Source: an uncultured Gammaproteobacteria bacterium
GTDB lineage: Bacteria; Patescibacteriota; Patescibacteriia; Magasanikbacterales; GWA2-37-8
Length of the DNA stretch: 64,000 nt
Assembly: GCA_964496095.1 (NCBI GenBank)
Contig: CAZBWU010000003.1
Location: 65,901 to 129,900, forward strand
Direction of reading: 5' to 3'
This document shows, piece by piece, positions 38,212 to 47,668 of the stretch. Both the position numbers and the translations under genes were made by a program. The notes under the pieces are model-generated. The model ran no database searches, was not told the origin of the DNA, and saw nothing but the letters and a program-made list of their open reading frames with translations. The number at the start of each line of letters is the position of its first letter. The stretch's first letter is position 1.

Positions 38212-39868
38212 ACAAGCCATCATTAAGACTCTAATTATCCTCAGTTGTTTTGTTTGGCTTTTACCTGCCAAGGCGGACGAGACTACTTCTACAATAGACG
38301 TAGTTAGTTCTACTCCAGAAATTACAACTTCTACAACAGATACTGTTACTACCACACCCCCAACTGATACAAACCTAACCACATCTACATCTGACACAGA
38401 TTTAACACCTACCTCCACAGTAGAAACAAGCACCACAACCACTTCTATAATAGACATCGTCACTACCACAATCTTTAATACATCCACTGAAGCAAATACT
38501 ACCACCGAACAAGTTCAAACTAGTGGTGGGGGCAATGCCCAAACCCAAATATTTATAAATAATAGTGAAATAAATAATGCCGTTCAAAAAATCTTAAACT
38601 TCTTAAAATCAAACCAGCTTGAAAATGGCAGTATTATTGATTTACAAACATCAGACTGGTCGGCCATGTCATTTGGCGCAAACAATACTTACGCTAATGA
38701 AATAAAAAATCCAACGTTATCGCTCTACGATTATTTAACTAACACGTCAATAACTGCCGATACTGGCACGCTAAATAATTGCACAGAATACCCCCGACAT
38801 ATCCTGGGATTACTGGCCAGCGGAACTGCCAAAACCAACGCGCAAATTATTGATTTAAAAAATAAAATTAAAACAGAATGTCTGACCAATAATCAGGTGG
38901 GTCAGGCGGGAATCAACGATGATATTTTTATTTCACTGGCTCTACTTGCAACTGACGAAAACCCAAATTCTGAAATAATCCAAACAGCTATTTCCACCAT
39001 CAAAGCAGATCAACAAACAGACGGATCTTTTACCTGGAACGGTTGGTCTGGGCAAGATGTGACTGGCGCAGCGATAAACGCCTTAAAATACGCTTCCGGT
39101 TTTGGTATAACAATAGACAATTCAATCTTTGATAAAGCCAAAAACTATTTACATACCACCCAGCTTAGCGATGGAGGTTGGGGTTTTGGCGCTTCTGATC
39201 CGCTTACTACCGCTTGGGCAATGTACGGCCTAAATTCTATCGGAGAAGGCCAGGCGCAATGGATGAGCGCGCAAGGCAAAAACCCTTGGACTGTTCTCAC
39301 TAGTCAACTGACAAACAATGGGTACTATCCTAGTCCTTGGAGTGCCGATGGCATAGACTGGTTTGCCACCAAACACGCTGTTCCAGCTATCTTAGGCAGG
39401 TCTTGGCCTATAATCCTCGCTCCGCTTGCTAGCGCTCAAAATACAGCCAATTCTGTGTCTTCTGGAGGCTCAGGCACACCCTCGACTTCCACCCAAACTA
39501 CCAGTATAATAATCACTACCAGTACACCGACAACTACACCAATTATCATTACTCTAGAAACTTCTACCCTAGACCAAACTACCACAACCGGTGAGGTTCT
39601 AGGAGAAAAAATTATTAGAGAAGAAATTATACAAACAATAATTAGCAAACCAAAAAAATTAATTTCCAGAAATACTTTGCCGACTAATAAAACCGAACTT
39701 GCTCAAACAACTCAAACTGAACTTGAAACAATCAAACCTACAGTTTTACCAGAAATCAAACAGCCAACCGATTCGTCTCGAAATACAATAAAAATAATTT
39801 TGGCAGTTTCCGGTGGTGGCGCTTTATTAATTGGAATTTACTTAGGCTTAAAATCTTTAAAGAAATAA
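38198..39868 (+). CDS. surface protein with prenyltransferase/squalene-oxidase-type (alpha6/alpha6) repeats and Thr-rich linkers
   Basis: signal peptide; QLENGS, QQTDGSF, QLSDGGWG repeats; C-terminal TM. Confidence 0.8.
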   Translation: MSANKQAIIKTLIILSCFVWLLPAKADETTSTIDVVSSTPEITTSTTDTVTTTPPTDTNLTTSTSDTDLTPTSTVETSTTTTSIIDIVTTTIFNTSTEANTTTEQVQTSGGGNAQTQIFINNSEINNAVQKILNFLKSNQLENGSIIDLQTSDWSAMSFGANNTYANEIKNPTLSLYDYLTNTSITADTGTLNNCTEYPRHILGLLASGTAKTNAQIIDLKNKIKTECLTNNQVGQAGINDDIFISLALLATDENPNSEIIQTAISTIKADQQTDGSFTWNGWSGQDVTGAAINALKYASGFGITIDNSIFDKAKNYLHTTQLSDGGWGFGASDPLTTAWAMYGLNSIGEGQAQWMSAQGKNPWTVLTSQLTNNGYYPSPWSADGIDWFATKHAVPAILGRSWPIILAPLASAQNTANSVSSGGSGTPSTSTQTTSIIITTSTPTTTPIIITLETSTLDQTTTTGEVLGEKIIREEIIQTIISKPKKLISRNTLPTNKTELAQTTQTELETIKPTVLPEIKQPTDSSRNTIKIILAVSGGGALLIGIYLGLKSLKK

Positions 39869-39950
39869 GTATAGGGGCTAAAGCCACATATATTCTCACT
39901 CACTCGGAAAAGATAAAAAGCATTTTACCTTTTCCTCATTCATTTCAAAT

Positions 39951-40478
39951 ATGCAAAAATATATCCCCGCTTTTTTTCTTATAGCTCTTGGCCTGTTTTC
40001 CAGAGTTCTCCCCCACCCTGCCAACTTTGCGCCGATTGCTGGCATTGCTTTGTTCGCCGGAATATACTTACCAAAGAAACTTGCCGTCATTGTTCCGTTA
40101 GTAGTAATGGCTTTAAGTGATTTTATTATTGGAATTTACCAATGGCAAATCATGCTAACTGTTTATCTCGCTTTTATTATAACTGGTTTGATTGGTTTGG
40201 CAGTCAAAAATAAAAAAAACTTTGGTTCTATTGTGGGTGGAACTCTGCTAGCGAGTATTATCTTCTTTATTACTACCAACTGGTCAGTCTGGGCTTTTGG
40301 CACCATGTACCCGCACTCATTAAACGGCCTCTTACAAAGCTATGCTATGGCTTTGCCATTCTTTAGAAACAGTCTGCTTGGAGATTTATTCTATGTTGGG
40401 GTTTTAGTTGGTGGAATGGAAATATCTTTAAACTTCAACAAACAAAACATCCTGGAAACAAAAAAGATTGGAGTATAA
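39951..40478 (+). CDS. BtuM-like (DUF6580) ECF S-component, putative cobalamin transporter
   Basis: RVLPHPANFAP...SDFIIG...FFITTN...LPFFRNSLLGD; last gene of the riboswitch operon. Confidence 0.8.
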   Translation: MQKYIPAFFLIALGLFSRVLPHPANFAPIAGIALFAGIYLPKKLAVIVPLVVMALSDFIIGIYQWQIMLTVYLAFIITGLIGLAVKNKKNFGSIVGGTLLASIIFFITTNWSVWAFGTMYPHSLNGLLQSYAMALPFFRNSLLGDLFYVGVLVGGMEISLNFNKQNILETKKIGV

Positions 40479-40523
40479 TCCAATCTTTTTTAGTTTATTT
40501 TTTATAATTTAAGGCTTCCAAAA

Positions 40524-41978
40524 TTATCCCCACATTAATTCTGGCGGTTCATCTTTCTTTTCTTCTACCGGCTCAGGGGCTGGCGCTACTTTCTTTTTTA
40601 GAGGACTCTCTGCAAATACTTCCACAGGAAGATTAATTGGAGGTTCGGCGCGTTTACTGCCTGTCTTTTGTACAAGAGGAGCTTTAACAAGCGGTAATGG
40701 AAAGTGCCAAATTGTAGCCAACTCTTCTACATTAAGAACATAAGGATTTTTTCCCATTTTAAGTTTTCTTTTTTTATAAGCCTTTACAAAATCTATTTTA
40801 AGATGAGCGGTCTTGCTTTTTTTAAAAGCATAATGAGCGGAGGTTGTCGCTTTTGGTACAATCCCATTGCGTTGTGGATAACTAAACTGGCTAAATGCAC
40901 CTACCAAACCATCCAAACAACGGCTAGGATTAAAAACTTCTTTGTTAGCTGCATACATAGCTCTAATTTTAGTCTTAAATCCAACTTTACTTATTTTTTC
41001 TTCTATAGCCTTCACAGTATCCTTAAGGCCGGGAGTTAAATCAGAAACTTTACCAGGTTTCTCTTCAGTAGCTGCTGCCCCGTGTTCTGCTTCATGAGGA
41101 GGAATTATTTGATGAATTATTGCATCCAAACCAACATTAATCCATTTAAGTAAAAAGTGCTGTTCGTGATGACCGTGGCTAGCCTTACCTTCAACTATAC
41201 CTTTTACTAACTTTTGACCCTTCTCTTGCAAACTACCCTTAACAATATCTATACCTTTTTTCTTCCACTCTCCGGAAACTGGCTCAATTATAATTTGTAA
41301 CCATAAGTTTTCTCCGGCACTAATACGAGTAAAATTTTCTAAAACCGCTGCCATCGGATCGGCAAAGGTTATATCCTTAGAAATATTATGCTCAAATTCA
41401 TCATAATTTCTGATTGGATAAGGATCCTCAGCGACCAATCCAAATTCAACACCAAACATATCATGAGTTTCGTTTGGATATTTGTCAGGAATCATACTCA
41501 CATAATCTTCAACTTCAGTTATCTCTGCCATTGGATACTGCGCATAAACTGCCGCCTCTACCAAATCTCGGAACTTAACTTCTGTGTAAACCAAAAATTG
41601 AATATACCCTTCCAAACTAATAATCTCAAAACTAAACCATCTTTCCTTAACTCCACCCCAATATTTTTCACCAAAATTCGGATCGGCAAAGGCGCCACTA
41701 AGTTGGGAAAATATCTGCTCAACCGCCTTCGGGCTTTGCACCGTATCAACAGGAACATCTATTGCCAAAACTACCCATTGCCAATGATGTTTATAAAGAT
41801 CTTCTTTTAATTCAAGCCATAGATGAGCTCCGACCCAAAAGATAACAAGCGCTAAAACTGTCCAACCGCCAATCGCAAAAATCACCCTTATTAGTTGAGG
41901 TGTTGGTAAATTCAAAATCGTTTCCCAAACAGAAAAATCTATAGAGACACTAAATGGTAAATCAGCTAAAGGTGGCAT
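40524..41978 (-). CDS. membrane protein homologous to the N-terminal domain of the 29050 ATPase
   Basis: FSFEII, YAQYPMAEITE, DPMAAVL, NVEELATIWHFP match motifs in 29050..31593. Confidence 0.8.
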   Translation of the reverse strand: MPPLADLPFSVSIDFSVWETILNLPTPQLIRVIFAIGGWTVLALVIFWVGAHLWLELKEDLYKHHWQWVVLAIDVPVDTVQSPKAVEQIFSQLSGAFADPNFGEKYWGGVKERWFSFEIISLEGYIQFLVYTEVKFRDLVEAAVYAQYPMAEITEVEDYVSMIPDKYPNETHDMFGVEFGLVAEDPYPIRNYDEFEHNISKDITFADPMAAVLENFTRISAGENLWLQIIIEPVSGEWKKKGIDIVKGSLQEKGQKLVKGIVEGKASHGHHEQHFLLKWINVGLDAIIHQIIPPHEAEHGAAATEEKPGKVSDLTPGLKDTVKAIEEKISKVGFKTKIRAMYAANKEVFNPSRCLDGLVGAFSQFSYPQRNGIVPKATTSAHYAFKKSKTAHLKIDFVKAYKKRKLKMGKNPYVLNVEELATIWHFPLPLVKAPLVQKTGSKRAEPPINLPVEVFAESPLKKKVAPAPEPVEEKKDEPPELMWG

Positions 41979-41992
41979 ACAAAAATTAAGCG

Positions 41993-42154
41993 CTAGTGTT
42001 TAAGAATCTTGAAAATTCCACCATAAACAATAAATACGGCAAAGACTGTCCACCACCAGCCAAACTGACTAGAGATCCAACCACTGTAATAGGCTAAAGC
42101 ACAAATAAGAGTGGCGCAAATCGCTACCAGATGTCGAATAGTATCATCAGACAT
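41993..42154 (-). CDS. small membrane protein (53 aa, missing from the ORF track)
   Basis: MSDDTIRHLVAICATLICALAYYSGWISSQFGWWWTVFAVFIVYGGIFKILKH*; ends 14 bp before the next gene. Confidence 0.7.
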   Translation of the reverse strand: MSDDTIRHLVAICATLICALAYYSGWISSQFGWWWTVFAVFIVYGGIFKILKH

Positions 42155-42210
42155 AATAATAAATATCAAATTTAAATTTGGATTTATTATACCATATCCC
42201 CTAGCCTAAA

Positions 42211-42250
42211 ACAAAAACCCAGCCTTCACGAAGGGCTGGGTTTTTTATTT
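42211..42250 (-). terminator. intrinsic terminator after secF
   Basis: aaaaacccagcctt-cacg-aagggctgggtttttt. Confidence 0.8.
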
Positions 42251-42259
42251 ATTTTATTA

Positions 42260-43171
42260 TTATGCTCTACGTTTCTCTTGCCAATTATAAACTACTACCA
42301 AAAGCGGACTAGCGATAAAGATTGAAGAATAGGCACCACTAGCAATACCGATAAGCAAAGCTAATGCAAAATAATGAATACTGAAACCACCGATAAAGAA
42401 TAAGGCAAAAAGAGGTAACATGGTTTTGAAAGTGGTGTTGATTGAACGCATTAAAGTTTCGTTCAAGCCATTGTTAACAACTTCAGCAAAGTTATCGGCA
42501 CTATGGCGAAGCAAGTTCTCACGAATACGATCATAAACAACGATAGTGTCGTTTACCGAATAACCAAGGACAGTCATAATCGCCACCACAAAAGCAATAT
42601 CCACTTCTACGCCATGGAAATGCCCCAAGAAAGAAAAGACACCCATTACCAGTAATACATCATGAAACAAAGCCACGATAGCTAAAGTTCCATATTTCCA
42701 ACTTGCCACCGGACGAGAAACTTTTCTAAAGGCATAGGCCACATAGCCAATGATACCAAGATTTACAAGAATTATAGCTAACAAAGATCTGGACCTTAAT
42801 TGTTTGCTTACAGAAGCCCCGATTGTCTCAAAGCGCTCTTCGTGAAAACCATTATTTGTAATTTGTGCGTTTGCATTCAAAGCAGAAACTAAAGCCTGAT
42901 GTTCTTGCTCACTCAAAAAATCATTTCTAACTATCAAACCCTTATCACCGGTTTTTTGGAAAATAGCATTATTCAAGTTTAAGCCGTTAAACACTTTTTG
43001 TATTTCCGCAGTTTCGGGTCGAGTGGTAAAAGACATTTCCATGAGCGAACCGCTGGTAAAATCTATACCAGGCTTCAATCCCCACATTACCAAAAAAGCA
43101 ATGGCTACAGCTGTCACTAAACTACTAAAGACAAGTAAAATTTTTGAATATCTAATGAATGGAATAGTCAT
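42260..43171 (-). CDS. secF: protein translocase subunit SecF
   Basis: GIDFTSG, GYSVNDTIVVYDRIRE, YSSIFIA. Confidence 0.97.
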   Translation of the reverse strand: MTIPFIRYSKILLVFSSLVTAVAIAFLVMWGLKPGIDFTSGSLMEMSFTTRPETAEIQKVFNGLNLNNAIFQKTGDKGLIVRNDFLSEQEHQALVSALNANAQITNNGFHEERFETIGASVSKQLRSRSLLAIILVNLGIIGYVAYAFRKVSRPVASWKYGTLAIVALFHDVLLVMGVFSFLGHFHGVEVDIAFVVAIMTVLGYSVNDTIVVYDRIRENLLRHSADNFAEVVNNGLNETLMRSINTTFKTMLPLFALFFIGGFSIHYFALALLIGIASGAYSSIFIASPLLVVVYNWQEKRRA

Positions 43172-43174
43172 AAA

Positions 43175-44929
43175 TTATTGAATATTATTTACTTCTTTTT
43201 TAGAATAACCCAAAAATAAAACATTGCCTTCTTCTTTTTTTACTAACAATAGAACGGCGCGTAAGATCGTACGAGTTAAAACAATAGCCGAGAACATACT
43301 GACCAAGACACCAATAGCTAAAACAACCGCAAAACCTTTCACAAATCCGCCCATCCAAACCATAAAGATACAACTAATTAAAGTAGTTATATTACTATCA
43401 CGAATAGAAGGCCAGGCTCTAACAAAAGCTTCTTCCATAGCAGACTTTAGACTTCTTCCTAATCTCAACTCTTCTTTAAGACGCTCAAATATCAAAACAT
43501 TAGCATCAACCGCCATACCGATAGAGAGGATAAAACCGGCAATACCAGACAATGTCAAAGTTACGCCCAAAGTCTTGAATAAGACCAGGTTGATAAGGGC
43601 ATAAATACTTAAAGAAATAGCGGCGATAAAACCAGGCAATCTATAATAAATAATCATGTAAATTAGCACAGCAATCAAACCATAAATACCAGCTTTAAAA
43701 CTTTTTTGCAGTGAGTCAGCGCCCAAAGTCGCATCAACCTTCTGTTGACTGATAAGTTCTACTGGCACTGGTAAAGCTCCAGAATTGAGGCGTTGTGCCA
43801 AAAGTCTAGCTTCTTGCATAGAGAAACTACCGCTAATAACGGCACTACCGGTAAGAATCGCTTCATTTACTCTCGGAATACTAAGTGCTGAGCCATCCAA
43901 AAATATCGCAACAGGCTTGCCTACATTTCTTTTTGTTAATTCAGCAAAAAGCTGTGTGCCCTCTTCGTCAAATTGCAAAGCAACTTGTACTTGACCAGTT
44001 TGACTATCCTGACTAACCTCGGCTCTCTTTAGTTGTTTTCCAGACAAACCAGTGTTTTTCCATTGATCCGCTGGAGGCACGATATCGATTGGTTGTTTTG
44101 TTTTTATAAAAATTCTGGCAACATTATAGGTTTTGACAGTCGAAGAATTTTCATCTTTCTTTTCTTGAACAGACAATCTCTTGATAACATTTATACCGTC
44201 AAAACTCTTGATTAAATCTTTACTGACGTCTCCGTCTTTATGAGTACTAGCCCATTTATAAAATTCTGGAAAAACAGAATCGTCAATAAAACCAAGATCA
44301 CCCCCGGTAGATTTGGTTTTTTCATCTTCTGAATATTTCGTCACTGCGTCTTCAAAAGTCATTCCGCCTTTAATATCTTTTTGCGCGTCTTTGGCTTTGG
44401 TTTGCGCAGCAGTATTAAAAGTATCCATTTCTTTTTGCTCAGCAGGAGTGAGCGCTCGAAGTGGCTCGTCACTTTCTTCTTTAAATTCTAAAATTGGAGT
44501 TTCGCCGATCATTTTGATAGCTTGACTGACATCAGTCACACCAGGTAATTCTACAATTACTCTATAATCATTGTTTACTCTGGTAGTCTGGACGAGTGGC
44601 TCGGAAACTCCCAAACCTCCACGCACACGACGTTCTATTACGTCACGCACACCTTCCACAGCACTAGCCTTGTCGCTTCCAGGAATTACGTCTGTATTTG
44701 CTTGATAGACCAAATGAGCTCCGCCTTGCAAATCAAGACCGAGATTAAAGCCACTAGATGGCAAGTTTGGAATACCAACGTTTGCCTTTTTATTTGCCCA
44801 ATTTATACCACGGTTGGCATAGGTTGGAAAAACAACTAACAAACAAAAAACTGTCAAAGCGACAATGGAGAAAATACGCCATTTTAGAGAATCTTTGGAT
44901 ACGCCTCTGGATTTGGTTTTCACGGCCAT
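43175..44929 (-). CDS. secD: protein translocase subunit SecD with an inserted PPIase-like periplasmic domain
   Basis: LGLDLQGG, GMAVDANVLIFER, DSNITT; FEDAVTKYSED...GGDLG parvulin-like segment. Confidence 0.96.
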   Translation of the reverse strand: MAVKTKSRGVSKDSLKWRIFSIVALTVFCLLVVFPTYANRGINWANKKANVGIPNLPSSGFNLGLDLQGGAHLVYQANTDVIPGSDKASAVEGVRDVIERRVRGGLGVSEPLVQTTRVNNDYRVIVELPGVTDVSQAIKMIGETPILEFKEESDEPLRALTPAEQKEMDTFNTAAQTKAKDAQKDIKGGMTFEDAVTKYSEDEKTKSTGGDLGFIDDSVFPEFYKWASTHKDGDVSKDLIKSFDGINVIKRLSVQEKKDENSSTVKTYNVARIFIKTKQPIDIVPPADQWKNTGLSGKQLKRAEVSQDSQTGQVQVALQFDEEGTQLFAELTKRNVGKPVAIFLDGSALSIPRVNEAILTGSAVISGSFSMQEARLLAQRLNSGALPVPVELISQQKVDATLGADSLQKSFKAGIYGLIAVLIYMIIYYRLPGFIAAISLSIYALINLVLFKTLGVTLTLSGIAGFILSIGMAVDANVLIFERLKEELRLGRSLKSAMEEAFVRAWPSIRDSNITTLISCIFMVWMGGFVKGFAVVLAIGVLVSMFSAIVLTRTILRAVLLLVKKEEGNVLFLGYSKKEVNNIQ

Positions 44930-44944
44930 AATATACGAGTTAGA

Positions 44945-44990
44945 ATTTATCCCGCCGCAGCGGGACCCCGCCTAACGGCGGTGGGAATAT
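44945..44990. repeat. double-hairpin palindromic element
   Basis: tcccgccgcagcggga-ccccgcctaacggcgg. Confidence 0.5.
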
Positions 44991-45008
44991 AGAATTAAAC
45001 ACCTTAAC

Positions 45009-45095
45009 TGTCATCCCGAGCGAAGCCGCTCCTGCGGCTGACGAGGGATCTTTCCGTGTACGGACAGAGATTCCTTCTTCGTCGTCGGAATGACA
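45009..45095. repeat. REP-like repeat
   Basis: tgtcatcccgagc...gagggatc...gacagagattcc...cggaatgaca. Confidence 0.85.
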
Positions 45096-45192
45096 AGTGA
45101 CAACTGTATTGCAATATAGCAATTTGCTACAATTTTAATGTATTTAAACCTTTTTGGCAAGGGCTAAATATCAGTTTACAGGGGATAAAATT

Positions 45193-45414
45193 TTATGGCT
45201 CAACCTCGCCAATATACTGGAATCTTGGGACAATTTTGCCATCAATTTCTATGTTTTCTGTAAATACCCCCAAAGGCCGCACCCATAACTTATCTTCGGT
45301 TTCGTAAAGTGGTTTATAGACTACCATATCCTCTAAAGTCGATTCTAATTTGGCAACACCTAACACTTCGTAATCTTTACCTTTGTAGTGTCTGTATTTT
45401 CCAAGTTTGAGCAT
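45193..45414 (-). CDS. DUF1653 domain protein
   Basis: GKYRHYKGKDYEV...VVYKPLY...LWVRP...PRF. Confidence 0.9.
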   Translation of the reverse strand: MLKLGKYRHYKGKDYEVLGVAKLESTLEDMVVYKPLYETEDKLWVRPLGVFTENIEIDGKIVPRFQYIGEVEP

Positions 45415-45470
45415 AAAATTAATTTGACTTAATTATTATATATTGTAGTACCTAGGTAAGGAGAACCAAC

Positions 45471-45797
45471 ATGCTTACCGATGAGAGTCTAGAACCACAA
45501 GGAGAGAAAGAGCCGCTAAGGCTCGTTGAGTTTCACACTCCGTGTGAACGAAGTCGTACGCTGTCAGGACCGATAGTCCTGACTGCACAAGGTCTGAACG
45601 GCAGGCGTAAAGCTGTTCAGGATGCAATGTCGAACATCCAAGACGCTGCACGAACTTCTGTGGCCTACGCTCACTGGCAAGTGGTCGCCTACAAGCTCAC
45701 AGAGGAAGAGGGCGCCATCTTCATCGTTCCCCAAAATGGGGCCATCCATGACGGTCAAAGCACCACGAGAATTCGGGTGATCAAGTACCAACGGTGA
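45471..45797 (+). CDS. high-GC orphan hypothetical protein
   Basis: promoter-like TTGACT at 45424, RBS aaggag, hairpin cgcccggct/agccgggcg downstream. Confidence 0.6.
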   Translation: MLTDESLEPQGEKEPLRLVEFHTPCERSRTLSGPIVLTAQGLNGRRKAVQDAMSNIQDAARTSVAYAHWQVVAYKLTEEEGAIFIVPQNGAIHDGQSTTRIRVIKYQR

Positions 45798-45840
45798 ACC
45801 ACAACATCCACAAGTTCGGAGGCATGCAACCCCGCCCGGC

Positions 45841-46236
45841 TCAACGAGCCGGGCGTTTGATTTTATTTAATTTTTTACCTTTTGTCTCATTAGATATATA
45901 CCCATCTTCCTCAGACCAGACAAGCCAAAATCGATTCTTAAATCGGCCTTTAAGTTTTATATTTTCTTTCCAGACTTTTCGCAGTTCTTTAAAAAAGTCT
46001 ATTCTCTTATGCTTTAAAATAGCCTCAATAACAGCGAGCACATCACAGATTTCATTCATTAATTCTTTGCGGGTCTTAGCATTTTGTATACCCCCAGCTT
46101 CTTCTACAACTTTTGCCAACAGTGCTTTTTCAAATTCATTTTTATTCAGCCGCTGGGTTTCAAAGGCTATGCCTTTTTTCTTCATTTTTTCAGCAACTCT
46201 ATCACGAATTAGTTTATTGTAATATATTTTTTTCAT
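45841..46236 (-). CDS. MazG-like NTP pyrophosphohydrolase
   Basis: YNKLIRD, KVVEEA, EICDVLAV. Confidence 0.85.
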   Translation of the reverse strand: MKKIYYNKLIRDRVAEKMKKKGIAFETQRLNKNEFEKALLAKVVEEAGGIQNAKTRKELMNEICDVLAVIEAILKHKRIDFFKELRKVWKENIKLKGRFKNRFWLVWSEEDGYISNETKGKKLNKIKRPAR

Positions 46237-46239
46237 ATT

Positions 46240-46641
46240 CTACCCTATTTCCAGTTCCTTAAATCCAGTTTCAGAATCATAAACTCTATCAAAAGACACG
46301 TCCTCAAAAATTCCTATAACCACTTCTACAGTGTACATAATTTTACAACCATCTTTTAAATGTCCGCCCACCACATTCCCCTCGCTATCAGATAGCGAAA
46401 TATGAATATGAGAGCCTTTATTTGAAACAGTGCCAGTTCCAGACACAATTTCAAATTTTTTATTCCATTCTTTTACAATTTGATTGTCTGGTGTAGAGCC
46501 AGCCATTCTCAGTACGGCATTTTCAAGACCACCAACAATAGATAATATAACTCCCGCAGCGATATTATTTTCTTCAACAACTTTTTTAATCTCTTCTTTT
46601 AAAAATTGTCCTGGCTTTAATCTAAAGGTGATTTGTTTCAT
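46240..46641 (-). CDS. PPC/DUF296 domain protein
   Basis: FRLKPGQ, FEIVSGTGT, HIHISLSD...GGHL. Confidence 0.9.
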   Translation of the reverse strand: MKQITFRLKPGQFLKEEIKKVVEENNIAAGVILSIVGGLENAVLRMAGSTPDNQIVKEWNKKFEIVSGTGTVSNKGSHIHISLSDSEGNVVGGHLKDGCKIMYTVEVVIGIFEDVSFDRVYDSETGFKELEIG

Positions 46642-47071
46642 ATTTCTGTTTCTCAAAACCAAAAAGTCTTTCACAAATTAATTCAATCTTCTTTGGTTTT
46701 AGTACATACCAAGAATCACCCTGTAAAATATCTTCGGTTTCTGCTGGTTGAGGCTTTTTTCTTTTGGCAAAATGTTTTATAGCCAAATCATAGCGCGCGC
46801 CTTCTATCTTTTCGGCAATACCTTCAAATTGAATCCCTAAATTATCTTCGCCTTGAGCGCTTACCGTAATAGTTCCAGCCATTTGAGGATTTTTTATGAC
46901 TGCTTGTGAGTGCCTTGCGCTTGGATCAGACATCCAATAAATATTTAAGTTTTCATCGAAAATATAAATAACATCCGACACCCAAACTCCCCCACTATCT
47001 ACAGTAGCTAAACTCATGAGATAGCCTTTTTCTAGTACTTCTAAAATTAAAGCCCTAATGCCAGATGACAT
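46622..47071 (-). CDS. pyridoxamine 5'-phosphate oxidase-like FMN-binding protein
   Basis: MSLATV, IYWMS...RHS, GIQFEG. Confidence 0.8.
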   Translation of the reverse strand: MSSGIRALILEVLEKGYLMSLATVDSGGVWVSDVIYIFDENLNIYWMSDPSARHSQAVIKNPQMAGTITVSAQGEDNLGIQFEGIAEKIEGARYDLAIKHFAKRKKPQPAETEDILQGDSWYVLKPKKIELICERLFGFEKQKYETNHL

Positions 47072-47083
47072 AAAAAACAATCC

Positions 47084-47656
47084 TTATTGTTTTATTTTTC
47101 CTACTGTTATGCGTACCGTATTAGTTGGTAAGTTAACATCACTCATTATCGGATTTACTTGTACACCTTCACTAATTAAGGCATTATTTAAATCAATAAT
47201 AAATCCAGGAATTTTTGTACCATAATCCCCATATCCATAAATTTTAATACCGTTATATGCACCCACTAAATCTTCTCCTCCACTTAATTTCCATCTGGCT
47301 TCTTTAAATATTCTAGCTAATTTACCAGCAAATATAAAAATCTCCGGTGAATTTTCATGAATCATTTCAACATTAATATTTTCATATTTTGCTAACTTTT
47401 TTGAAATTTTTAAAATTTGCTCATTATTTAATTGCCAAACTTTGTTTTTATCCTCAATAATTGTTAGAGAGGCGTTCGGACTATTTTGAGCAATCAAGCT
47501 ATTGCTTATATTATTACTACTACCAATGGAAATTTTTGAGAAGTCAGAATTTTTTATAAATATAAGGCCATATATAGTAGCACCTAAACTAAAAATGATG
47601 ATGACAGGAGCGATAATTTTATGTTTTGTTAAATAATAAAGCAAGCTGTGTTTCAT
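47084..47656 (-). CDS. AT-rich hypothetical membrane-anchored protein
   Basis: single N-terminal TM. Confidence 0.65.
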   Translation of the reverse strand: MKHSLLYYLTKHKIIAPVIIIFSLGATIYGLIFIKNSDFSKISIGSSNNISNSLIAQNSPNASLTIIEDKNKVWQLNNEQILKISKKLAKYENINVEMIHENSPEIFIFAGKLARIFKEARWKLSGGEDLVGAYNGIKIYGYGDYGTKIPGFIIDLNNALISEGVQVNPIMSDVNLPTNTVRITVGKIKQ

Positions 47657-47668
47657 AATAAAAAATCA

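Noticed and set aside
38280-38520. ACN-rich repetitive DNA
   Set aside because: Encodes the Thr/Ser-rich stalk of the surface protein
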